Shown in pieces: positions 27,893-37,221 of a stretch of 64,000 nt of DNA (position 1 is its first letter; every line of letters starts with the position of its first letter). The notes under the pieces are model-generated. The model searched no databases. It had not been told where the DNA came from and worked only from the letters and a program-made list of their open reading frames with translations. Origin of the DNA: Candidatus Peribacteraceae bacterium (GTDB lineage Bacteria > Patescibacteriota > Gracilibacteria > Peribacterales > Peribacteraceae); contig JAQTSD010000003.1 in assembly GCA_028711445.1 (NCBI GenBank), forward strand, positions 3,329 to 67,328, in the 5' to 3' direction. The translations under genes were made by a program, and so were the position numbers.

Positions 27893-28300
27893 CTATGTGA
27901 AAAAAAGCGTACCGATTTCCTTGTGTGCTATGACGAGGACACTTCCGACGGTCACAAGCAGGAGGCCAAGGATCGTGGGCAAATCTATCTTCTCACCGAC
28001 AATGGTGGCATTGAAGATCACTGCGGCAATCGGGGCAGCGGCAATCCACAGAGCGATAACGATGAGAAAATTGCCGAAGGATGCGTTTCCCCAATGGAAA
28101 CCGAGACCGTAGAGCATGTTGATGATAATCGGAACCCAGAGGTACTTGATCTGCGCTATGAACATGCCGATGACAGGAGATGCGTATGGCAGGCCGAGGA
28201 AGGTACCACTCAAAGGAATCTTTCCAAGGAAGAATCCGTACCACGAGATAATGAGTTGTGCGCCAAGGAAGAAAATGACGACAAAAAACTTGGTGAGCAT
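27893..28300 (-). CDS. Small multi-pass membrane protein (DMT/SMR-like), function unknown
   Basis: 135 aa with about four hydrophobic spans. It is the last gene of the minus-strand exporter operon. Confidence 0.5.
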   Translation of the reverse strand: MLTKFFVVIFFLGAQLIISWYGFFLGKIPLSGTFLGLPYASPVIGMFIAQIKYLWVPIIINMLYGLGFHWGNASFGNFLIVIALWIAAAPIAAVIFNATIVGEKIDLPTILGLLLVTVGSVLVIAHKEIGTLFFT

Positions 28301-28371
28301 ATTCTCTTTCTACGCCTATGCGCACTCTTCCCGCAAGGAGCGGGCATAGGAATCAACTGTAAATCTGCAGG

Positions 28372-28485
28372 TCAACCTTCTTCGTCGTCTTCCTCAAGTA
28401 GTGCACAGGTGCACGGATTGTCATCGCATCCGCACCCGTCGCAGTCAGTGCAGATCTTCTCGCCGCAGATCTCACATTTCGTCAT
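28372..28485 (-). CDS. Tiny Cys-rich acidic protein or peptide (37-66 aa depending on start)
   Basis: MTKCEICGEKICTDCDGCGCDDNPCTCALLEEDDEEG has 9 Cys in 24 residues. The track ORF extends to 28572 and overlaps the permease stop by 8 nt. ATG options are at 28485, 28497 and 28527. Confidence 0.4.
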   Translation of the reverse strand: MTKCEICGEKICTDCDGCGCDDNPCTCALLEEDDEEG

Positions 28486-28564
28486 GAGAGAGGGCATGGG
28501 GAGAGGGGGAAAAGGAGGACTTACCATTTTCCCCGATGAGAGGAGCGAGTGCAAGAGGAGGGCA

Positions 28565-29785
28565 CTATTCAAATCGCAGAGCCTCGATGGGGTGCAGCTT
28601 AGCCGCGCTCTGGGCCGGATATATCCCGAAGACGAGGCCTGTGCCGACAGCCATACCGAGCGAGAGCAGGATGGATCCGGGGGTTAGGGCGAAAGAGAGA
28701 TCGCCGATGAAACGTGAGGCGATGCGCGTAAGGACGAAGCCGAGGAACCCGCCGCCGGCAATGCCGATAAGTCCGCCAAGGAGCGTCAAAGTGACGGCTT
28801 CGAGGAGGAATTGCAGCAGAATGTCCCGTCGTCTCGCCCCCACCGCTTTGCGTAGACCGATTTCCTTCGTCCGTTCCGTGACGGAGACGAGCATGATATT
28901 CATGATGCCGATGCCGCCGACGAGGAGCGAGATCCCCGCGATGAGGCCGAGGAAGATTGTGATGGAGAGTGTGACAGTCCCAAGGATATCCATCGCTTGC
29001 GAGAACGACCGGGCGATGAAGTCATCCTTTTTCGGATCGTCATTCGGATTATCGATCTTATGCCGCTGGCGCAGGAGAGACTTGATGTCTTCGGCCGTCA
29101 GATCGGCATTACCTATGGTTTGCAGGGAAATGTAATCGACATACAAACCCTTGTTCGCCATCGTTTTCGCAACGGTGAATGGGACGTAGATCGGTGTGTC
29201 CATCTGCGTACCCATGGCACCGCCGAGGGCTTTGAGGACGCCGACCACAGTGAATTTCCGCTCACCGACACTGATGCGCTTCCCCAGCGGGTTGGCGTTG
29301 CCGAAAAGATTCTCGGCAGTCTTACTTCCCAGAACAGCCACGCTCTTTCCACCTTTCAGATCACCGTCCGTGAGCAATCGTCCGAGTTCGAGTTTCATGG
29401 ACCAGTTCGTGAAAATTTCCTTGGATGCTCCGAGGATCATGGGACTCAATTCTTCCGTTCCGTATGTCACCTTCTTCGCGACAAAAATGACAGCGACCAC
29501 ATTCTTCACCGTGGAGAGCCTGGCGATAGCTTCCGCGTCCGCTTCGGTGAGTGTATTCGTTTCCTTGCCGAATTGTTCCAGTCCCTTCGATTGGATTTCA
29601 AATGTATTGCCGCTAAAGGTGCTTACCTGATCTAAGATGAACCGTTGGAAGGTGGCGCCGATTGAGACCATGAGCACGACGGACCCGACGCCGATGACGA
29701 TGCCGAGAGTCGTGAGGAGTGAACGCGTCGTGTTGCGCGTGAGTCCTTCGAATGCCGAATGGGCGGTGTCGGAGAGAGTCATCAT
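28565..29785 (-). CDS. ABC transporter permease, FtsX/MacB type (paralog 2)
   Basis: MacB-type N-terminal TM plus periplasmic domain and a C-terminal FtsX module (GGIGIMNIMLVSVTERTKEIGLRKAVGARRRDILLQFLLEA). Confidence 0.9.
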   Translation of the reverse strand: MMTLSDTAHSAFEGLTRNTTRSLLTTLGIVIGVGSVVLMVSIGATFQRFILDQVSTFSGNTFEIQSKGLEQFGKETNTLTEADAEAIARLSTVKNVVAVIFVAKKVTYGTEELSPMILGASKEIFTNWSMKLELGRLLTDGDLKGGKSVAVLGSKTAENLFGNANPLGKRISVGERKFTVVGVLKALGGAMGTQMDTPIYVPFTVAKTMANKGLYVDYISLQTIGNADLTAEDIKSLLRQRHKIDNPNDDPKKDDFIARSFSQAMDILGTVTLSITIFLGLIAGISLLVGGIGIMNIMLVSVTERTKEIGLRKAVGARRRDILLQFLLEAVTLTLLGGLIGIAGGGFLGFVLTRIASRFIGDLSFALTPGSILLSLGMAVGTGLVFGIYPAQSAAKLHPIEALRFE

Positions 29786-31020
29786 TCGTAACGGAGAGCT
29801 TCGATGGGGTTCAGGCGGGAGGCCTTGCGGGCCGGGTAGATGCCGAAAGCCAGGCCGGTTCCCGCCGCCATGAGGAGCGAGGCGACGATGGCAATCGGAT
29901 TCACGGCGAAGACGTAGTTTTCGAGGAAGCGTTTGGCGATACCGACGATGAGTGCGTTGACTCCGAGGCCGGCTGCGAGACCAACGAGACCTCCGAGGAA
30001 CGTGAGCGCGACGGCCTCGATGAGGAATTGCAGCAGTATGTCGCGTCCTTGGGCACCGAGTGCCTTGCGCAGGCCGATCTCGCGTGTCCGTTCCGTGACG
30101 GCGACGAGCATGATATTCATGATGCCGATGCCGCCGACGAGGAGCGAGATCGCGGCGATCATCGTGATGAACAGCGTAAGACTGATGGAGACCGTGCCGA
30201 GGATTTCCTGTGCTTGCGCGGCCGAGCGCACGAGGAAATCATCGTTATCCGTAGGGACTCCCGTCGTAGGGGGGACGATCTTGTGCCGGCGGCGCAGCAG
30301 CCACTGGATATCATCGATCGCGTCCGCACTGTCCCCTGTCGACTGCATCGTCACCATGTCCACGTATGTACGCTGAGAGACGATATGTGCGGTGTGGAAG
30401 GGGATGATGACACGCTCATCCATGTTCTGGAAGAACTGCGATCCGACGGGCGCCAACACGCCAATGACTGTGTACTTGTGATCGCCAATGCCAATGCGTT
30501 TGCCGATTGGACTCTGGTTGGAGAAGAGGTCGCGAGCCGTGTCCGTGCCGAGCACGGCAACGAAGCGCCCTTCGAGCTCATCTTGGGCGTCATGAAAACG
30601 CCCCTCGGCAATAGTGACAACTTGATTGGTATAGGTCTCGGGGGTTGTTCCGCCCACGCGCGTATCCGTCTGTTCCGTTCCGTAGGTGGTTTTTCCTTCC
30701 ATGAAAATGATCGGAGAGATGTTCGTGACGGTTTGCAGGCGTTTCAGGGCTTCGACATCGGAGATTTTTAAGCTGTCGAAGTCGGGATTCAGCGTCGCCG
30801 CTCCCTGTTCCGGGCCGTTCTTGCCGGGCCACAATGCGATGGTCTTGGGTCCAAGCACGCTGATCTGTCCGAGGATGACACTCTCCATGCTCTTGCCGAC
30901 GCTCGTCATGAGGACGACCGCCCCCACGCCAATGATGATGCCAAGCATCGTAAGTAAAGCGCGGGACCGATTCCGCGTCACCCCCTTAAGCGCGGTGGTG
31001 GAGAGATCGTGGAGTCGCAT
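29782..31020 (-). CDS. ABC transporter permease, FtsX/MacB type (paralog 1)
   Basis: Same architecture as its neighbour (GGIGIMNIMLVAVTERTREIGLRKALGAQGRDILLQFLIEA). It has a 4-nt overlap with the next permease. Confidence 0.9.
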   Translation of the reverse strand: MRLHDLSTTALKGVTRNRSRALLTMLGIIIGVGAVVLMTSVGKSMESVILGQISVLGPKTIALWPGKNGPEQGAATLNPDFDSLKISDVEALKRLQTVTNISPIIFMEGKTTYGTEQTDTRVGGTTPETYTNQVVTIAEGRFHDAQDELEGRFVAVLGTDTARDLFSNQSPIGKRIGIGDHKYTVIGVLAPVGSQFFQNMDERVIIPFHTAHIVSQRTYVDMVTMQSTGDSADAIDDIQWLLRRRHKIVPPTTGVPTDNDDFLVRSAAQAQEILGTVSISLTLFITMIAAISLLVGGIGIMNIMLVAVTERTREIGLRKALGAQGRDILLQFLIEAVALTFLGGLVGLAAGLGVNALIVGIAKRFLENYVFAVNPIAIVASLLMAAGTGLAFGIYPARKASRLNPIEALRYE

Positions 31021-31029
31021 GGGAGGCGG

Positions 31030-31770
31030 TTACTTGATCTGATTGCCACGCTTTGCGATGCGCCGCGTGAATGTGCGGTCGTCAGAAACGACATGGCCGT
31101 CATGGAGACGGATGATGCGCTCCGCGTGCTCGGCTGTCGCTTGTTCGTGTGTGACGAGGATGATCGTGTGGCCGGCTCGATGCAGATTCTGGAGGATTTC
31201 CATCACATGTGTTCCGGATGCCGAGTCGAGATTGCCCGTGGGTTCGTCTGCAAAGATGATCTCGGGTGTTGTTACGAGTGCCCGAGCAATTGCTACACGT
31301 TGCTGTTGTCCTCCGGAGAGCTGATTCGAAAGGTAGGTCGCGCGGTCCTTCAGGCCGACGGACTCGATTGCTTTCATTGCCTTGTCCCTTCGTTCGGAAA
31401 CTCGCGTGGTGCTGTTGTAGAGCAGCGGCAGCATCACATTGTCGAAGACGGAAGTACGTGGCAAAAGGTTGAATGATTGAAAGACGAAGCTCACGCTCGT
31501 TGAGCGGATGCGTGCAAGCTCGTCTTCTGTCTTCTCCTCCGTGGAAGCGCCCTTGAAGTGGTAGTGGCCACTCGTGGGCACATCAAGGAAGCCGAGGATA
31601 TGCATGAGCGTGGACTTCCCCGACCCGGACGGTCCCATGATGGCTACGAATTCTCCATTGGAGATGGAGAGATTGATGTTATAGAGCACCGGCGTCTCCA
31701 CTTCGTCGTTCACGTAGGATTTGTTCAGGCCAACCAATTCGATGAGAGGGGTGGATTCGGAGGAAGCCAT
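31030..31770 (-). CDS. ABC transporter ATP-binding protein (MacB/LolD-type)
   Basis: [15 protein letters not shown] Walker [16 protein letters not shown] signature, [12 protein letters not shown] Walker B. Confidence 0.92.
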   Translation of the reverse strand: MASSESTPLIELVGLNKSYVNDEVETPVLYNINLSISNGEFVAIMGPSGSGKSTLMHILGFLDVPTSGHYHFKGASTEEKTEDELARIRSTSVSFVFQSFNLLPRTSVFDNVMLPLLYNSTTRVSERRDKAMKAIESVGLKDRATYLSNQLSGGQQQRVAIARALVTTPEIIFADEPTGNLDSASGTHVMEILQNLHRAGHTIILVTHEQATAEHAERIIRLHDGHVVSDDRTFTRRIAKRGNQIK

Positions 31771-31772
31771 GA

Positions 31773-33506
31773 TTACTTCTTGATGAGGACGACGACTGTT
31801 TCGCCTTCTTCCAGTCCATCGATGATCTCGACATCCGTGTCCGATTCCATGCCGGTCTTCACCGGTTTCTCGATCACTTCGCCGTTATCCAAAATACGGA
31901 CGATCTTCTCTCCCGCATCGTTCTGCAGGACCGACCGAACCGGAGCGAGCAGCACAGAGAGCCTTTCCCCTGTCACAATCTCCGCATCTCCGGTCATACC
32001 AATCTTGAGATCTTCATGTGGGTAGACGAATCCGAGAACCACGCGGTACTTCGAGACGCCGTCGATGTCGGTGGCTGCAGGATCGATCTCTTGGACTCGT
32101 AGTGCAAATTTCGCCCCAGGGAATGCATCCAACTCGATTGAACCGGATTGCGAAAGTTTCACTTTGGGAATGTCCACTTCCGACGTATACATCTCGATGC
32201 GATACGGGGACGTGCCGAGCATATTGATTGCTCCGACGGTTCCGGTTGTGTATTCGCCGATCTTGAAATCTACTTTTGTAATTGTTCCCTCGACCGGAGC
32301 ACGCAGGATGGCGTCTTCCAGGTTGGCTTTGGCACGCTGAAGTGCGGCATAAGCCGAATTCACAGAAGCGCGGGCGGCATCGATTTGTGTTTTCCTTGCA
32401 CCAGCTTTCGTGAGGCCCAGTTGTGCTTGTTGGGTTCTGAGTGACGTCTCGTATGTGAGGATATCAGAGAGAGCCGCTTGCTTGGCACCTTCGGCGGCTG
32501 CCAGAGCGGCTTCTGCAGTGGCGATTTGCGTATCGAAGCTGGCTGATGCATCCCGCAGGTCCTTGATGGCGGAGTCGAGAGTGCCAAGTGCCGTCTGTGT
32601 GTTGGTGCTCTGAGTAGCAAGTGTTGTTTTATGAGCCTCCCGCACTGTAAGAGTGAAGCCTCCAGCTAGCGTCATATTCGAGATCACGCCATATGCGCGT
32701 GTGATCGTATCTGCCGTGCGTCCGACGGCACTGCGTGTCTGATCGAGGAAGCTCAGGGTCTGCCTATAGTCGGTAAATGTAGGGCGGATGTTCATCCGTA
32801 CGGCGTCAATAGCAGCTTCTGCGTCTTTGCGCGCACCGGCGACGAAAGTGAATTCAATGGGCTGTGTGGTGTTCAGAATGTTCTGTACCGCAGGATCCTG
32901 GATAACACCATCATAGACTTTGAGTGCGGTTTCGGCGACCGTAAGCTGCCGGTCAATCGTACTTGAGGATGTACCGAAGTAACCGGACAAGCTCGTCTTT
33001 GCTTCTTGTGTAAGCGAGTCCAATTTCGCTTGCTCGTTTTTCAGTTTGTCTTCTGCCGTAGCAAGTGCTGTTTTTGCCGCATCGAGTGCTGCCTTCTTAT
33101 TTTCGACTTGTGCTTCCGCGATGGCGATATCTTCCGGACGGGATCCTTCCTCCAATTCACGGAGACTCGCCTGAGCGGAGGAGAGTTGAGCTGCAGCGCT
33201 GGAGACATCTGCCTGCAGCGCGTCCGCTTTGAGGCGGGCGAGCTCCTGTCCGATAGCGACATGATCACCCTCTTTCACGAGGATTTTCGCTACCACTCCC
33301 GTTGTGGGAAAGGTCAATGTGAGGTCACGATCCGAGGTGACAGCACCTACAGCTTCCACTTTTTGCACGAGATCACCGAGTCGTATCGTATCAGTGATAT
33401 ACGTGGGGGCTTGGGGTTGTGAGAGGTAGTACGTCAGCCCGCCAACGGGCACGACGATAAGCAGAATGATAATGATTTTGCCGTAGTGCCGCTTTAGAAA
33501 AGACAT
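31773..33506 (-). CDS. HlyD-family periplasmic adaptor with very long coiled-coil hairpin
   Basis: N-terminal TM (IIIILLIVVPVGGL), a lipoyl/barrel-like start (GAVTSDRDLTLTFPTTGVVAKILVKEGDHV), several hundred residues of Ala/Gln/Leu-rich coiled coil, and a C-terminal beta-barrel region. The ATG at 33506 is preferred over 33617. Confidence 0.8.
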   Translation of the reverse strand: MSFLKRHYGKIIIILLIVVPVGGLTYYLSQPQAPTYITDTIRLGDLVQKVEAVGAVTSDRDLTLTFPTTGVVAKILVKEGDHVAIGQELARLKADALQADVSSAAAQLSSAQASLRELEEGSRPEDIAIAEAQVENKKAALDAAKTALATAEDKLKNEQAKLDSLTQEAKTSLSGYFGTSSSTIDRQLTVAETALKVYDGVIQDPAVQNILNTTQPIEFTFVAGARKDAEAAIDAVRMNIRPTFTDYRQTLSFLDQTRSAVGRTADTITRAYGVISNMTLAGGFTLTVREAHKTTLATQSTNTQTALGTLDSAIKDLRDASASFDTQIATAEAALAAAEGAKQAALSDILTYETSLRTQQAQLGLTKAGARKTQIDAARASVNSAYAALQRAKANLEDAILRAPVEGTITKVDFKIGEYTTGTVGAINMLGTSPYRIEMYTSEVDIPKVKLSQSGSIELDAFPGAKFALRVQEIDPAATDIDGVSKYRVVLGFVYPHEDLKIGMTGDAEIVTGERLSVLLAPVRSVLQNDAGEKIVRILDNGEVIEKPVKTGMESDTDVEIIDGLEEGETVVVLIKK

Positions 33507-33690
33507 CAATCGGGAGGAGAAAATGAGCGAAGAAGATACCAGAATTTTTGGCTTCTGAGATGAGTTCTCCGATGTTTCCTGAGTGTAGTACTCCACATCA
33601 ATAATTATATATGTCAATTACCCATAAATCAAGCATATTTAAGCCGATATTTGGCTATCGAATGAGAAATTCGTTACACTTTTTACTCAC

Positions 33691-35094
33691 ATGCCGTCTC
33701 GTTCTTCCATCGACAGGGTCCGCCAAAAGATGCGAGATCGTCCCGGGTCTACTGCGTATCTCACGGGAGAGAAGCAGATGCTCGACGAGGCGCTCATTCA
33801 CCATATAAGCGAAGAGAAGCATGAACCGCAGTGGATGCTTGAGTTGCGACTCAGGAGTTTACGGCTTTTCCGTAAATCTTCTTCTCCTTCGTGGGGACCG
33901 GATCTTTCTGCTTTACGGCTGGATGATTTGCTTTACTACGTGCATCCGGGTGGGCAGCAGACGGGCGAATGGGAAAAGGTGCCGGCTCACATTCGGAAAA
34001 TCTATGACCATCTTGGTGTCCCGACATCGGAACAGCGCATTCTCGCGGGGGCAGGAGCACAGTATGAGAGCGCCGTCATTTACCATCGATTGAAAGAGCG
34101 GTGGGAGCGCGAGGGAGTGATTTTCCTCTCGATGGATGATGCGGTCCGAGAGCATCCGGACCTCGTGCAAACATATTTCATGCAGTGCATTCCGCCTACA
34201 ACACACCACTTCGCTGCATTGCATTTCGCAGTGTGGTCCGGAGGAACCTTTCTCTACGTCCCCGCGGGCGTGCAGGTACGCGAACCGTTGCAGGCGTACT
34301 TCCGCATGAATGCCCCGCATATGGGCCAGTTTGAGCACACGCTTGTCATTGTGGAGGAGGGGGCGAGCGTGCACTACATCGAGGGATGTTCTGCCCCGCA
34401 GTACGGATCGTCTTCGCTTCATGCAGGTGCGGTGGAGATCTTTGCGAAGCGCGGATCAACCGTACGCTATTCCTCCGTGGAGAATTGGAGCCGCAATACC
34501 TTGAATCTGAACACGAAGCGGGCGCTCGTGGACAGTGATGCCACGATGGAATGGGTCGGGGGGAACCTGGGCAGCGGCATCACGATGCTCTATCCGTGCT
34601 CCATATTGCGAGGCGAGGGTGCGCGTTGCGATCACTTTGGACTTGCTTTTGCCGATGGAAACCAGTGGCAGGATGTCGGCGCAAAAGTTTTCCATCTTGC
34701 ACCGAAAACATCGAGCACGGTGATCTCAAAATCCGTGAGTGTGCGCGGGGGGACCACGGTTTACCGTGGGAAGATCGAAGTCGCGCCGCAGGCGCGTGAT
34801 TCCATGGCGAGTGTCCGGTGCGAGGCGCTCCTCCTCGATGCGCATAGCCACGCGGAAACGGTGCCCGATATCCGCGTCCGAAACGTAACGGCTACCGTCT
34901 CGCATGAGGCCAAGGTGGGCAAGCTCTCGGAGGATGATCTCTTCTACCTTACATCGCGCGGTCTTCCCGAGGAACAGGCACAAGCGATGATCGTGAACGG
35001 GTTCCTCGAGCCGATCGTGCGGCTCCTTCCGCTCGAGTATGCCGTGGAGATGAACCGGCTTATTGAGCTGGAGATGGCGGGGGCTGTGGGGTAG
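33691..35094 (+). CDS. sufB: Fe-S cluster assembly scaffold SufB
   Basis: EPQWMLELRLRSL N-terminal motif and a SufB/D beta-helix core (HTLVIVEEGASVHYIEGCSAP, GNLGSGITMLYP, VSHEAKVGKLSEDDLFYLTSRGL). Confidence 0.9.
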   Translation: MPSRSSIDRVRQKMRDRPGSTAYLTGEKQMLDEALIHHISEEKHEPQWMLELRLRSLRLFRKSSSPSWGPDLSALRLDDLLYYVHPGGQQTGEWEKVPAHIRKIYDHLGVPTSEQRILAGAGAQYESAVIYHRLKERWEREGVIFLSMDDAVREHPDLVQTYFMQCIPPTTHHFAALHFAVWSGGTFLYVPAGVQVREPLQAYFRMNAPHMGQFEHTLVIVEEGASVHYIEGCSAPQYGSSSLHAGAVEIFAKRGSTVRYSSVENWSRNTLNLNTKRALVDSDATMEWVGGNLGSGITMLYPCSILRGEGARCDHFGLAFADGNQWQDVGAKVFHLAPKTSSTVISKSVSVRGGTTVYRGKIEVAPQARDSMASVRCEALLLDAHSHAETVPDIRVRNVTATVSHEAKVGKLSEDDLFYLTSRGLPEEQAQAMIVNGFLEPIVRLLPLEYAVEMNRLIELEMAGAVG

Positions 35095-35138
35095 CGGCAA
35101 AAGGCGACAAATGGCTGCTTGAAGGCCGATAGGAATCA

Positions 35139-35166
35139 TTGACTTTCAATGAAAATAGTTTAAAAT
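35139..35166 (+). promoter_or_regulatory. Sigma-70-like promoter for the 35281 gene
   Basis: TTGACT (35139-35144), a 16-nt spacer, then TAAAAT (35161-35166). Confidence 0.55.
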
Positions 35167-35189
35167 ATTTGACTTTGCTCTTTCACAGC

Positions 35190-35240
35190 ATCGCCTCCAC
35201 AGCTTTGTGCAGCTTCGCATGAGGCGATAGAGAGCTGTGG
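35190..35240 (+). promoter_or_regulatory. Structured 5' leader with interleaved inverted repeats (pseudoknot or alternative hairpins)
   Basis: ATCGCCTC (35190-97) pairs with GAGGCGAT (35221-28). CCACAGCT (35197-204) pairs with AGCTGTGG (35233-40). The arms interleave in the order 1-2-1'-2'. A GAAGGAG Shine-Dalgarno follows 7-13 nt before the ATG. Confidence 0.4.
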
Positions 35241-35280
35241 TGGATCCCAAAACAATTCTCTTTTCCCGAAGGAGTCTCGC

Positions 35281-36021
35281 ATGAGACGCTCGACATTGGT
35301 TTTTTGTGTTCTGTTCACGTTCTTTGTGAACACGATGGCGCTCGCTGCGCCGTCGAATCCTCCCGCGAAGTCACCCCCTAACAAGAAGGTCGCTTCGCAA
35401 ACGGTTGCTGCGGTGGCCCCCACGCTTCCCGCCCCCGCAACACCCATTCCGCAGGCGGTAACCATTTCGGGGGCGACTATCCTCCAGGTGGTTCCCCCAT
35501 CGAACATGGCAACCAAGGAGGACATTCGGGACCTTGCCGCAAAGATCAATGTGATCAAGGAAGACGTTGCCGGCCTTCGTAGGAAGGTCGACGGCGTCGA
35601 TGGCAAGCTTGATCTGTTGCTCAAGACGGTCGGTCCCGACTCCGGCTGGGCGAAAACCCAGAAGGCGAAGGGTGCCCAGACGAAGCATCTGAGCGAGCAG
35701 GCCAAGAAAGACAAGACGAATGGATTCGTCGAATTGGAAAGGCCAACCAAATACGGAGTGCAGTATTTCCGGCGGATCAATGGACACGAGGAGGCATGGA
35801 TGCCTGCGAATGTCACAGTCGACTGGAATAGCCAGACCGGCGAAACGGATTGGGACTGGGTGCGCGTCCACGACAGTGGACCGGGTACCCTCGTCTCCAC
35901 CTGGAATCACGGGTACGTCGAAGGGTGGTTCATCGTCGGGCGCTGCGTCAACGGCGCAACCCCTGTGGCCACCCGCAACGAAGTCGCTGAAATCGAGAAG
36001 CGGCTTCGCAATCTCCGCTAG
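35281..36021 (+). CDS. Hypothetical secreted protein with coiled-coil segment
   Basis: Signal peptide MRRSTLVFCVLFTFFVNTMALA, a Pro/Ala-rich linker, a coiled coil (IRDLAAKINVIKEDVAGLRRKVDGVDGKLDLLLK) and a Trp-rich C-terminal domain. It has a good SD. No family recognised. Confidence 0.7.
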   Translation: MRRSTLVFCVLFTFFVNTMALAAPSNPPAKSPPNKKVASQTVAAVAPTLPAPATPIPQAVTISGATILQVVPPSNMATKEDIRDLAAKINVIKEDVAGLRRKVDGVDGKLDLLLKTVGPDSGWAKTQKAKGAQTKHLSEQAKKDKTNGFVELERPTKYGVQYFRRINGHEEAWMPANVTVDWNSQTGETDWDWVRVHDSGPGTLVSTWNHGYVEGWFIVGRCVNGATPVATRNEVAEIEKRLRNLR

Positions 36022-36066
36022 TTTCTCCACCATAGCGCTCCATCCATCAATACCAATGATGGGTGG

Positions 36067-36100
36067 CCACCCTTCTCCCTTAGCGGAGAGGGGTGGTTTG
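36067..36100 (+). terminator. Intrinsic terminator after the 35281 gene
   Basis: CCACCCTTCTCC (36067-78) pairs with GGAGAGGGGTGG (36085-96), with one G-U pair, and is followed by TTTG. Confidence 0.65.
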
Positions 36101-36126
36101 CTATATACAAATATTTATAGTATAAT
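36098..36126 (+). promoter_or_regulatory. Sigma-70-like promoter for the 36151 gene
   Basis: TTGCTA (36098-103), a 17-nt AT-rich spacer, then a perfect TATAAT (36121-126). The leader is short and has no SD. Confidence 0.6.
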
Positions 36127-36150
36127 AAAACTGTTACCACACACACTCAT

Positions 36151-37221
36151 ATGGGTCGTTTCATCGGTCGGATTCGGGAGCGTCTCGCAGAACGGCGGAA
36201 TGCAGGTTCCTCCGCACAGGAGGAGACGGATCAGGTCGTGTTATCCACCGAGGAGCAACTTCAGAAACTCAAGGAGCAATCCAAGCCTGGGCCGGAAACG
36301 CCGAAGCAGCCGCTCAATGTGAGGATGCTTCCTCTTAATGAGGGTTGGCATCAGTATGATATTCCGGATATCGGCCAGACGGTGAAGCTCCGCTATCCGT
36401 CCGAGAACGGAGATGCGGAACTCCGGCTCGATACCAACGAATCCCTGAGGATGGCAGGAAACACCCTTCAAATGCAGCGGCTCGACGGCCGTATCGTCAT
36501 CAGTGCGCATAAAGAACTTGCCGGCGTCACGCTCACTGTGGGCGCTGACGGATTCACAGAACAGTCCATTGCGGTTCCGGAGGCGAAGGAAACATCAGAG
36601 TCGACAGAATCAGCGCAGCACGAGCTGCGTGAAACCGAAGAGAAGAAAGAAGAGCAGCAGCCCGGAGTGCTCTTCGTCGACAAAGTGGGGGATCGGGAGT
36701 TCCTCCTTCCTAAGGAGAATGCGCAACTCTTCATCCGGTACGATCAGGCGGATAATCAAGGATCCATGGTGGGGTGGTACGACATGCAGCCGGATGTTCT
36801 CAGGAGCGAGCACGAGTACTTTGTTGTCGATGGCCGCAATCAGCCATTTTTGCATCTCAGTGTTCAGCCGAAATTCACGGGTGATATCCAACTCTGGCGA
36901 AATAATCGTCAGGAGGTTATCCACGTCGGGCCCAAAGACGCAGGAGTGGATCAGTCGCCGGAGCACACGTTGGAACGCACAAAGGGTCTCCTTGAGTGGT
37001 TGGAGAATCAATCGTCCGACGAGGATGTGATCCGATGCGAACAAGCACACGGCTACGAACGCGATCAACATGGCGGACGCCCATTAAACACGGTTCTTTC
37101 GGAAGCACTTGAACAGAAAGATGCCGTGCAAGCTGTGGAAAAAATACTTCAGGGTAAAGAAGACAAACTCAAGAAGCTGACGTCCACAACAGGCGCTTCC
37201 GAAGGGAAGGAGATCAATTGA
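36151..37221 (+). CDS. Hypothetical cytoplasmic protein (356 aa), no recognised family
   Basis: Long ORF with its own promoter, an acidic/Glu-rich middle and no hydrophobic segments. Confidence 0.65.
   Translation: MGRFIGRIRERLAERRNAGSSAQEETDQVVLSTEEQLQKLKEQSKPGPETPKQPLNVRMLPLNEGWHQYDIPDIGQTVKLRYPSENGDAELRLDTNESLRMAGNTLQMQRLDGRIVISAHKELAGVTLTVGADGFTEQSIAVPEAKETSESTESAQHELRETEEKKEEQQPGVLFVDKVGDREFLLPKENAQLFIRYDQADNQGSMVGWYDMQPDVLRSEHEYFVVDGRNQPFLHLSVQPKFTGDIQLWRNNRQEVIHVGPKDAGVDQSPEHTLERTKGLLEWLENQSSDEDVIRCEQAHGYERDQHGGRPLNTVLSEALEQKDAVQAVEKILQGKEDKLKKLTSTTGASEGKEIN

Noticed and set aside
27893-33617. The exporter operon as a mobile or integrated element interrupting suf.
   Set aside because: I found no integrase, transposase, flanking direct repeats or obvious compositional break at its borders. 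I report it only as an interleaved module.
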